61,956 nt of DNA from Chara braunii. Its lineage: Eukaryota; Plantae; Charophyceae. The notes under the pieces were generated by a model that was not told where the DNA came from, ran no database searches, and saw only the letters and a list, made by a program, of their open reading frames with translations. The stretch is from positions 3,203,390 through 3,265,345 of the forward strand of contig BFEA01000015.1 of the NCBI GenBank assembly GCA_003427395.1, read 5' to 3'. Both the position numbers and the translations under genes were made by a program. Positions 12,558-24,025 of this stretch are shown piece by piece; the stretch's first letter is position 1, and every line of letters begins with the position of its first letter.

Positions 12558-12941
12558 AACATCTGGTTCATTTTGTTAGGATACTCGACCAACTTCCCGC
12601 CTCAGTGGGGGGGCATATGAATACAAACCTCTTTTCTTGCAGAGAATCACGATTCTGAGGTCAATCTTGTGCACGAGATGCTCATTCGAACTACCTGTGC
12701 CATTTCCGCAGGTGGTAGCTGAAATTACAAAAAACATAGCAGGCCTTGAGAACCCTGAAGAAGGACATATGAAATGTGTCCCAAGCCAGTTCCGTTGGCT
12801 AGCTCAGTAGGTTTCATGCCTGAGCGGCACTGCGTAGGTACTGGGTTCTATTCCCGTTGCCATCACTTTCAGTGGACTGAGGAGTGGCCTGAGGAGTGGC
12901 CTAAGGAGGATTGCTGGCGACGGCCAGGGCGAGTTGTGCTC

Positions 12942-13045
12942 CCCTGTAACCCGTAGCAATGCGGGAGCATGGGGCCAAGTGGAAGTGGTGCTGCCCTGTA
13001 ACCCGTAGCACTGCGGGAGCATGGGGCCAAGTGGAAGTGGCTGCT
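12942..13045. repeat. 52-bp tandem duplication
   Basis: ccctgtaacccgtagca.tgcgggagcatggggccaagtggaagtgg twice. Confidence 0.85.
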
Positions 13046-13699
13046 CAGGTCCAGGTCCTGCTGCAGCCATTCGGGACACTCCCAATTCACATCCAATAAG
13101 AATACCTCTCAGGTTCATCATAACTGACATTCATATCACAGGTGATACCCTCAATTTCATGAAACTCTCAACATACCTGTCAAACCATATGTTCAATAAG
13201 TCGTGGTCATGACATATAATCTAAAAACTTCCATAATAATCTTGAATTACCTGGGCCCAGGCACCTGTGGATATATCTTAAACCACCAGTACTTGGCCCA
13301 GCTATCAATGCCGAGCCTGGAATGCCCCTGCGCGCCAATTTTTGCCTATCATTTTGATTTTTTTTTGGCTGGCGCTTCCAGCTATTCTGGTCCGGTAACC
13401 CGAAGCCCTTAAGGCATGGCGCGTTAACGGGAAAGCGCCGCGGCTTATAGCCGGGCCAAGTACAGGTGGATTATCTGGAAAAACTGGAGACGGAGACATT
13501 CAGTGGAATTGCGACCCTCCCATAACCTTCCCCTTGCATGTTTCTGGCAACATCCCGCAGGCCCTTATTCCCCTGTGATTCACAACCTGACGTCGGGGAC
13601 GACTTTCTGATCAGAATGTGACTAGGCCCAGAATGGTCACAGAATAGGGGTGTGTCACCTCTTCTTTCTTTAAGTCCTTGTTTAGCCCACTCCATGTGC

Positions 13700-13872
13700 T
13701 TTCCCACCCGCTTCTCCCTTCTCCCCCTGATTGGCTGGCGGGACGCATGCCGAATCGATGCGTGGAGTGAGGCGAAGCCCCGACGCCTTGGTCTGATCAT
13801 GCAACTCGCCAGGCACTCGCTCCTGTTCTGCATTCCTTCCCCTCCTTTCCTGCATCCATGCCATCACCTGAG
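13700..13872 (-). mobile_element. Dispersed repeat, inverted copy of 28150-28330; core related to the solo LTRs
   Basis: tctgatcatgcaactcgc..gcattccttcccct is the reverse complement of aggggaaggaatgc..gcgagttgcatgatcaga. Confidence 0.65.
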
Positions 13873-14000
13873 AGACTGTAAATCTTGCAAGCGCCAATTT
13901 CTCTCTCTCTATTCTCATGAAAGTTAGCGCCATCGTTGGGCTCACTGGCTGTGCAAGGTGGCTGCCAAATTGATCAGTCCCGACTGGCGGTGTTGCATAC

Positions 14001-14600
14001 TGTAACGGTGCAGACCAGAACAAGAACCGACCTCTCAATACAAAGTACAAGATAGCGTAGTGGAAGACTTAGATACCAATGATCCGAACAATCAATATTG
14101 CAATGCAGCCCTGAACATACATCATCATCATCATCGTTCATGGTGTGAAAGGGGTCTGGCGCTTCACACAGGAAGACTGCGCCAGCCCCAACCATACACA
14201 GACGAAGAAGAAGGGGGTTAGACGAAGAGGAGGGGAAGATGGGAATGTCGTCAACACCAAGTCTTCGGCACAGGCCCAAATAGTCCCTCGTCAAAATGTC
14301 TGAATCCCAAATGTCGAGTCTGGATCCAATGTTGTCAAGTCTCAAGTCACAACTCTCTCTCTCTCTGTCGTAGTCTGCTGATCCTGAGAAGTCAGGCGGT
14401 GAGAGGGTGAGAAGAGATGGTGGACTTAGAAAAGGAAGAAGAATAACTCTCTCTCTCTCTCTCTGTGTCCAGTACTAACCTGTGAAGTTGGCGCCTTGAT
14501 GCAGGTACCTCGAAGATGGAGCTGGAGCTATGGCGCCACAGGTAAGTACCGCTGGCCTCCGCCAGCCATCTCTCTCCAACGCTACCACTACCAGCTACTA
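14001..14600 (+). mobile_element. Dispersed LTR-like repeat, related to 2422-3070
   Basis: Starts TGTAAC; shared blocks with 2422-3070. Confidence 0.35.
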
Positions 14601-16967
14601 ACGCCCTGCGCTGAAAACTACTACTACATCTATGAGCGCCTAGCGCTGAAGACTACTGCTAGCGCTAACTACTACTCTCAGCGCTCCTCCTGAGTGCTGC
14701 GGCTGAATCCTGAAGACTACTCGTGCCTACTGTCCAACTACCTACCCGTGAAGTGCATGGGAACTTCCTATGTACTACTCGGGTACCTCCTGGCTACAGG
14801 GCGAGGCAGTCCAGGAGGCTGTTCTTGCCAATGCCGAAGGCAGTCAAGGGTTGCCACTGCAGCTCCTGCTTGAGGCTGTCGTGGGAAACAGGCTAAAGAT
14901 AGCCTGTTTCCGAAACCCTTGTTTTGTGCCTGAGTGTTAGGGTAGCTCGATCTTATGAGGGCCCGAAAGTGGCCCTCCGTTTCAGGCTGAAAAGCCTCAG
15001 GGTTGAAAAGCGCTGTTATAGGCTGAAAACGAAATAGGGTATGCAGGCCCTCGTTTTCAGTTTCAGGCTGAAACGACATGGGGCCTGTAAGCCCTATTTT
15101 CTAGGTTTTTAGGCTGAGAATGCGGGACGGGCCCTGCAGGCCCGTGTGGCTACGCAGTATGTCACAGGCGGACACTGATCATGCGGGGTTAACGAGCAAG
15201 CTGCGACAGATTGCAGGAGCTCGGGCAAATGTAGCTTGCCAATCGGTTCAAGAAGGGCAACAATCACATATATATGAGCAAGTGTCGATTTGGGACAACA
15301 TACTGTCCACATAGAACGTGGTGATATCGGTGCTCGATGAGCGAGCAAATTTTCTTTGGTGGAAGAGAGAGAGGGGTAACATGCTTCCCATCTTGTTTTC
15401 CTGCTATCTTGGTGTAGAAGTTTCATGCATGGCAAATGGATTGTCGATGCATGCTGAAAAGATGTCGTGACACGCTGTGACACCCAACCTCACGCCCGAC
15501 GCGACTTCCTGATCGGAGTGGGATGGGGACCCAGAAGTGCGAAAAGGGGGTGTGCCAAGGATTTTAGGAAAGTGGGGATGGAGTCCCAGGTCGGAACTGA
15601 GATCTCTGGTGGCAAGTTTAGGGGCAATGGTACACGATGGTACGTGCAGATCATATCTGGGACTATCGTCTCTGCCAGTTGCGTCGCCGCGGTCGGTTCC
15701 TTATCTGGTGGACCGGTGGGTCACTATGGTTGTCGCGCTGTTCGAACAGTTGTCGGCATCGCTCGGCTTCGGTTCGGGTTCGTTGGATAAATCCCGAAGT
15801 CCGATACGCCTGGCGCTGCTGGCACTTTTCGCACGGTGTGCGGAGCCAATAGCAGGCTATGGAATTCCACGGTACCCACTGTGAGCTGGTGATATGGAAG
15901 GAGAAGATGGAAGGGAGGGAAACTGGTATTAATAATGATGAAGCCCAGAGATATGTAATATTGGGTGTTGTTAGTATCCGGATAGTCTGGGCCCCTAAGA
16001 TCGTTAGTTATGGCCCAGTGAAAGTCCCTCGCGCACAGTCGATCGTTCTCCGTCAGACAGGGGAATTCTGGGTTTCTCAAGCTTCCCCGCCGTCTGAGAT
16101 GTTCACCCTCCCAGTATTCGCGATACTCAGGGTCCCTCAAGCTCTCACGGTTGGTGATCCAAAAGGGGGTTTCTACAGCCATATCCGACTAGTGAACTCG
16201 GTCTTCCGCATCCTTACAGTGAGTCAGGATTGAGGTCGACTCATGCAGACGCGCGCGTTGTCGCACTTTTTCCAGTCAAGCCACTTCGGGAGACCGAAAA
16301 GCCAACAGGCTGTCACGTAGGATTTTGTTTGTGATTGTAATAAATAAAATTAAATTAAATAATGCAAATCCCTTCCTGTTGTGTGCGTCTGGCTTCGAGC
16401 GAGACCCTTCAATTACGGTCTTCGCCGGTCCCCGGTCTTATGAATTTTTGATTGTGATTCGGAACAGCAATGATAATGCAGATAATTAAACTAAATTAAA
16501 TATGTCATATATGTATCGAGATGCCAATTTAGGGATTTGAGAACTGTGACATGATCAGCGATGAAGAACAATCATCAAGCAATGCCAACACTCAACGCAA
16601 AAACAAGATGAATGAGGGAAAGTGAGAGTTCGTATCATCTCAAGAGTACAATGACAAAGACATGGTCGATGCTCAGTGTCTTTGCTCTCACTCCCCCTCT
16701 CACTTTCAACCTCAATCTCGATCTCTCAGAGCATCTAACACCACGTCCAAGTACATCTTGAGAAAATCTATTGCGGTATGTGTCTGATGACTGTACTCAA
16801 GTCTTGAGTATGCTCTTTTTCATACGTCTGTCGTGCCCAACAAACTCTTGCCTTGAGTCTGTTGTACTCAGATGCTTGCCAATTTTAAAGTTACTCACTT
16901 ATCATCTGATCAGTCTTGTTGAGTATTGTTGTCACCGCGAACACTTGATGTGACATAACTGTTGCTG

Positions 16968-17275
16968 AGGTCACCAGGAGAGCACGTTATGACCAACACT
17001 TTTCCGTTGTCACCGGTATTACCTGCTGTGACTAGCAACCTGACTGCTACCATTAGGTCTCCCGCTATGGCCAGCACTGCTGCTGCTGTCACCGGAACTG
17101 CCCGCTGTGACCAGCACCGTCGTTGCTGTCACCGGAACTGTCCGCTGTGACCATCGTCGTCGCTGCTATCACCGGAACTGTCCGCTGTGACCAGCGTCAT
17201 CGCTATTACCACTGGGACCACCCGCTACGGCCAGCATTGTCGTTGCTATCTCCGGGACTTCCTGTTGTGACCAGC
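16968..17275. repeat. ~39-bp tandem repeat
   Basis: gctgtcaccggaactgtccgctgtgaccagc..., about 7 copies. Confidence 0.8.
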
Positions 17276-17319
17276 GGTAGAACCAGCTGATAGTAAATTG
17301 AGATCATCGATAGAGTTTA

Positions 17320-18145
17320 CTTAATCGGAACTCACTGAAACTGATCTGATTTCTTTGAATCTGAGATGAACTCACTGAGACTGATCTGAGTCCACTGATG
17401 TTACACTTAACTTACAGAGACTGAATTGATTGAAGCCAATCCGAGCTTACTAAGATCAAAAGTGATTTCACTGAATTGTTTCCATAGAGTCTGAAATGAA
17501 ATCACTCAAACTGAACTGATCTTTCAGAGATGAAATTGAACTCACTGCATCTGGTCTGAATTTGAAATTCACTATGAAAATTGATCTTAGCTTACCGAAA
17601 CTGAACTGATCTCGCTGGAACTGAACTGATCTCACTGGAACTGAACTGATCTCGCTGGAACTGAACTGATCTCACTGGAACTGAATTGATCCCGCAGGAA
17701 CTGAACTGATCTCACTGGAACTGAACTGATCCCGCAGGAACTGAACTGATCTCACTGGAACTGAACTTGTGGAGATTAGGTCCACCAAATTGAGCTTATT
17801 GAAACTGAGATGAATTGACTAATACCGAACTGAGAATTGAACTGAAACTTACTCTGAAAACCTCACTTAGATCTGAATTTCGAGATTGAACTGAACTTGC
17901 CAGGGCTGAATCAATTTCACTGAATCCGAACTGAAATTACTGAGATTGAACTGATATCATTGAGCCCGGACTGAACTTGCTGAGATGAAACTGAAATCGC
18001 TGAATCTGATATGAAATTACTACGGTTAAATTGTCTTCACTGAACCTGAAACGGACTCACTCAAAATAAACTGAACTTACTGATATTGAACTGATTTCAC
18101 TTAGATTAACCAGACTTGTTGAGAAGGAACTGATTTCAATGAACT
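17320..18145. repeat. 20-bp minisatellite
   Basis: ctgaactgatctcactggaa near-perfect at 17601-17766, degenerate on both sides. Confidence 0.9.
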
Positions 18146-18450
18146 TACTTAAAATGGATGAGGTATGTTGTAACCTGATTTCCCCTGCTCGAAAGTTGCG
18201 CACTATACGAATATTGCTCAGGAGTGTAGCTCTGCATCACCACTAACCAAATAAAACACTGAGAGTGTATATGACTTGTCTTGTTCATGTAGAACACAAC
18301 ATGCAGCTCTGTGTTCCCCCTGTTCAAATAGAGTACAGGATGCAACTTTGAGTTGTAAAGGGGGAAGACCGTTATCAACCGGTAGAAAGTGTTATGCCGG
18401 CAAACCGGAATGACCCTGTATTCCGCCCCGTGTCTGTTACCCTTGGGAGA
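18145..18450 (-). pseudogene. Possible decayed Gypsy integrase C-terminus / chromodomain start
   Basis: YRVIPVCRHNTFYRL..KLHPVLYL resembles the GPF..AYRL..IHPVFHV motif; RGNQVTTYLIHFK resembles a chromodomain N-terminus; weak and by eye. Confidence 0.35.
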
Positions 18451-18649
18451 GTTGTTCCATGACTCTTGCAACCTGACATGTGTTGAAACCAAGGTGCGAC
18501 ATTTGGATACTCGAAAGAAGAATGACACCCAACAACCACTTCAGTCGAAGGGCTGATCCAAGTCGACCAATCCCTCCAATAGACCAAAAAAATAGAGTAG
18601 CATCGCGGTCCCGTTGAGGTCTGATCCTTGGTTTGAGTCCGGGTCCGAA

Positions 18650-19070
18650 CTGACCTGGTCTGGTCCGATTCTAATCTGATCTAGTCAGACTGAGTCCAAT
18701 CTCCGGTCTGGTCTGGTTTGTCTGAGTGGATGTCTGATCTGTTCTGAACTGGCTTTGTCTTAGTCAAGTCCGGTCTTGTCTAAGTCCGGTCTCATCTGGT
18801 CTGATCTCAGACCGGTCTCATCTTGCTTGGTCTGAGTTCGATCGGGTCTGTTTTCAACTGTTCTCAACTGTGGTCTAGGTCTGGTCTCAATGAGTCTAAT
18901 CTCAACCGATCTGATCCGCGTCCGCGTTCGGCCTGTTCTGGTCTGGTCTTGGTCTGGTCTGTTCAGACTCCGCCTGATTATGGCACTGTCTGATCGAGCC
19001 CGGTCTTATTTGACCCGGTTTCGTCTAATCTGGTCCGGCGTGATCTGGCCCATTGTCGCCTAGTCTGGAG
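18650..19070. repeat. Degenerate 5-bp (tctgg/tctga) repeat
   Basis: Dense tctggtctgg/tctgat motifs. Confidence 0.7.
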
Positions 19071-20339
19071 AGGTATTCAACAATATCGACCTTAAGTCTC
19101 GCACCTGCAAAACGCCGAGCCTGGGCCCTGAGTGTGTGAGTCTACAGACTGTTCAGTTTGTTGTTGCGTGTGTAAAATTGTTTAGTTGGTAGTCGTGTAT
19201 CTGCTCCCTGAACTTTACAGAGAACCAACTAAATACTGTCCCCTGAGTCGGTGACATGGCCGTCGATCTCTTGTGTGCGTATGAGACCGAAACATCTGCC
19301 TTCTAGTGTCTGGAATCTGCAATGGTCCAATCCTCCTATTCATCTTCCAAAGTTCGGAGTCTGAGGTATCTGCTGATAGGGTTTAAGTCCGCCGGGATCA
19401 GAAGATTGTTGTTTATGTCCCCTACTATTTTCTGTTTGCTGGTCCGATCCCTGCAGGCCCAACTCACTGCGATCAGCAGGCTGAGTACCTGGGTCCGGGG
19501 TGAGGAATCGAATAGGTGAGCCAGGTGGTGCACTCGAGGCTTTCGGACCTACATGATACAGTTGTTGCTGAACAAAATCAAGAGCTTGAATCACCTAGTT
19601 CAGTCCAAACCGCTGAAGTCACAAACACAGGCCGTTGACTGCTGGCCCGAATTGGCTTGTAGTACCCGTCACTAAACTAAATAATGGCACCTTGAGATGA
19701 CAGTGCACGGTGCCGCTCATGTCACATGATCGTTCCCGTCTCTTTCACCATTCTGCGCTATGCTTTACGACTGTTCCCTCCATGAATCTCGAACAACTAT
19801 TGAGCTAAATCAAGAAGGGAGCAGTGACAACATTTAGCAATGAGGAGGACAAAAATGAACTGTGACTTCCAACGTTTGCGGGTCTTTGAATGACAGCCAA
19901 ATGAAGCTGGTGAAATATTGAGGGCGGGTTCATTTGCCATCCATCCATTTCCCACAGGCAAATCCGGCGGCAACAGGGACCAGATTCGTGTGCAGCTCAG
20001 GTTGCCTCCCAAATCCTCCAATCGCGCACGCGCACGTGTGCGGCTTCCTCCCCCTACTCTCTCGTTTTGTCTTCAAGCACCCAAACGTGAATGAACTTGC
20101 CACAAGAACATGACCAGATCCACCCACCAGAATGAGAACGAGCTTCCCGCTAGTACATGGCCATTGACACCCGTCACGCAATGTCATGCCACCGCGCGGT
20201 ATCTCTCTCTCTCTCTCTTTCCCTCCGCCTTGCTTCTCCTCCCCTCCGTGTACCTAACCCAGACCCTGGCTGGGTTCGGGGAAGTGGAAATACTACCGAT
20301 AATGAGACTCAGCTACGATCAGTGGCTTTAATGCGCGGG

Positions 20340-20900
20340 GGAGCGGCACATGGACTGGTGATCAGCCAATTAGAGGCTGATCACAAGAATAATAATTAAT
20401 TCAGAATAATTAAATTTCAAGGGCAGCGGCACAGTGCAGCCTTCACTTAGGGCTGATGTGCCGCTGGCACATGGGCCGGTGATCAACCAGTTAGAGGCTG
20501 ATCACAAGAATAATAACTAATTCAGAATAATTAAACTTTGCGGGCAGTGGCGCAGTGCAGCCTTCACTTAGGACTGATGTGCCACTGGCACATGGGTCAG
20601 TGATCAGCCAATTAGAGGCTGATCACAAGAATCATAATAAATTCAAATAATTCAGCTAGCAGCGGCACACAACAACCTTCACGTAAGGCTGTTGTGTCGC
20701 TAACACTTAGATTGGTGAACAGCCAATTAGAGACTGTTCATAAGAATAGTAATTAATTCAATTGAATTCCACTGGCAGCGGCACACTGTAGCCTTCACTT
20801 AGGGTTGGTGCGCCGCTGGCTCATGGACTGGTGATCAGCCAATCGGAGGCTGATCACAAGAATAATAATTAATTCCTAACAATTAAATTTTACTGATAGC
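20340..20900. repeat. Two-hairpin tandem array, sub-family 1 (~118-bp unit, about 4.5 copies)
   Basis: cagcggcaca..cagccttcacttagggctg..gtgccgctg plus gtgatcagcc-aattaga-ggctgatcac plus AT-rich linker; unit starts near 20423, 20544, 20659, 20776. Confidence 0.9.
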
Positions 20901-20913
20901 AGCACACTGCAAT

Positions 20914-21060
20914 GCCCTGTTTGAATACTGCCCAGGGGTGCTACTAGTGTCGTCCTTGTTCGAATACAACACAGGGACGCAGCTTGCACAACCTCTTATT
21001 CAAATAATGCACAGGGGTGCATTATGCGCAATCCCTGTTCATATACTGCACAGGGTGCAA
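20914..21060. repeat. ~39-bp hairpin repeat, 4 copies
   Basis: ccctgtt.gaatactg..caggg repeated. Confidence 0.6.
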
Positions 21061-21095
21061 TTTCGCTTCAAACAAAAAAAAACATACTAATAATC

Positions 21096-22940
21096 ATGCA
21101 GGTGATGGTGAGCACTGTGCTGTCCTCACTCAATGTTGTTCCCGCTTGCAAGTGCTCCCGTGATTGGGTGATCAAGCGTGATCCCAATCACGGGATCTAA
21201 CTAATTAGTAATTATTTTATTTCAAAATTACAGAAATATTAAAGTAACGAAAATGCTTCACCCAGCAAGCGGCGGTGAGCGCAGCCTTCACTTAGGGCTG
21301 CTCCCGCTTGCTGGCTCTCCCGTGATTGGGTGATCAGATGTGATCCCAATCACAGGATCCAACTAATTATTTTATTTTCNNNNNNNNNNNNNNNNNNNNN
21401 NNNNNNNNNNNNNNNNNNNNNNNNNNNNNNNNNNNNNNNNNNNNNNNNNNNNNNNNNNNNNNNNNNNNNNNNNNNNNNNNNNNNNNNNNNNNNNNNNNNN
21501 NNNNNNNNNNNNNNNNNNNNNNNNNNNNNNNNNNNNNNNNNNNNNNNNNNNNNNNNNNNNNNNNNNNNNNNNNNNNNNNNNNNNNNNNNNNNNNNNNNNN
21601 NNNNNNNNNNNNNNNNNNNNNNNNNNNNNNNNNNNNNNNNNNNNNNNNNNNNNNNNNNNNNNNNNNNNNGCAAGTGACGGTGAGCGCAGCCTTCACTTAG
21701 GGTTGCTCCCGCTTGCTGGCTCTCCCGTGATTGGGTGATCAGATGTGATCCCAATCACGGGATCCAACTAATTATTTTATTTTTGAAATTGTAGAAATAT
21801 CAAAGTAACGAAAATGCTTCACCCAGCAAGCGGCGGTGAGCGCAGCCTTCACTTAGGGCTGCTCCCGCTTGCTGGTTGTCCCGTGATTGGGTAATCTGTC
21901 GTGATCCCAATCAGGAAATTTTACTAATTTATTAAATTCGAAATTAAAAAAATACTAAAATTGTTTCGCCCAACATACAGCGGTGAGCTCAGCCGTCACT
22001 TAGGGCTGGTCTCGCTTGCTGGCTGTCCCGTGATTGGGTGATCTGTCGTGATCCCAAGCGTGGGATTTTACTAATTTATTAATTTCAAAATTACGAAATG
22101 CAGAGACTGCTTGAACCAGCAAGCGGCGGCGAGTTCAGCCTTCGCTTAGGGCTGCTCCCGCTTGCTGGTTGTCCCGTGATTGGGTGATCAGATGTAATCC
22201 CAATCACGAGATTTTTATTATTTATTTATTTCAAAATTACAAAAATAATCTAACTGCTTGGACCATCAAGCGGCGACGAGTTCAGCCTTCACTCAGGGCT
22301 GCTCCCACTTGCTGGTTGTCCCGTGATTGGGTGATCTGTCGTGATCCCAATCACGGGATTTTAGTAATTTATTAATTTCATAATTACGAAATGCTGAGAC
22401 TGCTTGAACCAGCAAGCGGCAACGAGCTCCGCCTTCGCTTAGGGCTGCTCCCGCTTGCTGGTTGTCCCGTGATTGGGTGATCACATGATCCCAATCGCGG
22501 GATTTTTATTATTTATTTATTTCGAAATTAAAAAAATAATTTAATTGCTTGGACCAGCAAGCGGCGACGAGTTCAACCTTCACTCAGGGCTGCTCCCACT
22601 TGCTGGCTGTCCCGTGATTGGGTGATCTGTCGTGATCCCAATCACGGGATTTTTGTAATTTATTAATTTCAAAATTACGAAATGCTGAGACTACTTGAAC
22701 CAGCAAGCGGCCTCGAGCTCAGCCTTCGCTTAGGGCTGCTCCCCCTTGCTGGTTGTCCTGTGATTGGGTGATCACATGATCCCAATCGCAGGATTTTTGT
22801 TATCTATTTATTTCGAAATTACAGAAATAATCTAACTGCTTGGACCAGCAAGCGGCGACGAGTTCAACCTTCACTCAGGGCTGCTCCCACTTGCTGGCTG
22901 TCCCGTGATTGGGTGATCTGTCGCTATCCCAATCACGGGA
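21096..22940. repeat. Two-hairpin tandem array, sub-family 2 (~146-bp unit, 11 visible copies plus a gap)
   Basis: ccagcaagcgg..gag..cagccttcacttagggctgctc-ccgcttgctgg plus tcccgtgattggg..cccaatcacggga; starts near 21262, 21822, 21969, 22116, 22263, 22409, 22554, 22700, 22845. Confidence 0.95.
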
Positions 22941-23827
22941 TTTACTAATTAGTTAGTTTCGAAATTACTTATGCAGTGTGCAGCCCTCTCACAGGGCGAA
23001 CCCTCAGTGATTGGCAATAATAAATAAATAAATACCCATTTTTTTACAGCCAATCGGTGGACCGCTGCAGTCCTCTCTCAGAGCTCTCTCCCTCATACTC
23101 TCATGCAGCGCACATATGCTCATGCAGTCTCTCTCTCTCTCTCTCTCACTCACTGCACTCTCTCTCTCTCACTCACTCACTGCAGTCTCTCTCTCTCACT
23201 CGCTGCAGTCTCTCTCTCTCACTCGCTGCAGTCTCTCTATCTCATTCGCGACAGTCTCTCTCTCTCTCTCTCTCTCTTGCTTATACTCATACGCGCAGAC
23301 TTCGCTTACTTTTGCACCCTGAGCTGATGCCTTTAGATCAGGAATCTTGACTAGTCTCCTTTCAGCAAGCGCCGTTTTCTTTCCAATCACCTGTAGTATC
23401 GGTCTGATTGGAAAGCACCTAGATGTTTGGATGGCTAGATTCATCACCCAGGCTCAATTTCCAATAGTGCTTGGATGCTTGCTTGCTGATTACCAGGTAT
23501 CAGGCCGCAACCTGAGGGATAATATGCCTTTTCCGAGTAGACTGGGCTCTTGCACACTAAACCAACAGGGAAGCCAGCCCCCCGACTCCCCCCTCCTTCA
23601 AGCGGTACTCTTTTCCCTCAATCACTCGGTCACCATGGTTCAGCGTGACGCAGTTGACTACTGCAGCAGACTCCCTAGTGAAGGTCGTACCGCTACTTGA
23701 TTGCTTCGTTGAGCAAACACGCATTCCTGATTCGGACGTGACTACCATGTGTTGGGTCCATGGCAGAGAGGCAGAGAAAAATACTCTCTTGTCGGATGAT
23801 GGTTTTTTTTTGGTTGAATTACGGTGC

Positions 23828-24025
23828 GAGATCAACTCACCTTTCGTTGATTGGTTTGCTTAGCTTGATCAACTCATCATTTGTTGATTAAGCTACTGAG
23901 AGTGATCAACCCTTCTTTCACTGATTGGGTTACGATTACATGATCAACTCTCCATACACTGATTGGAATACCGTGCGCAATCAGCTCACCCTTCACTGAC
24001 TGGAATTCTGAACGTGATCAACTCA
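23828..24025. repeat. ~38-bp tandem repeat, about 6 copies
   Basis: gatcaactc..tgattgg units. Confidence 0.7.

Noticed and set aside
21096-22940. CRISPR-like repeat-spacer array
   Set aside because: Linkers are homologous to each other rather than unique, repeats are ~100 bp, and there are no cas genes
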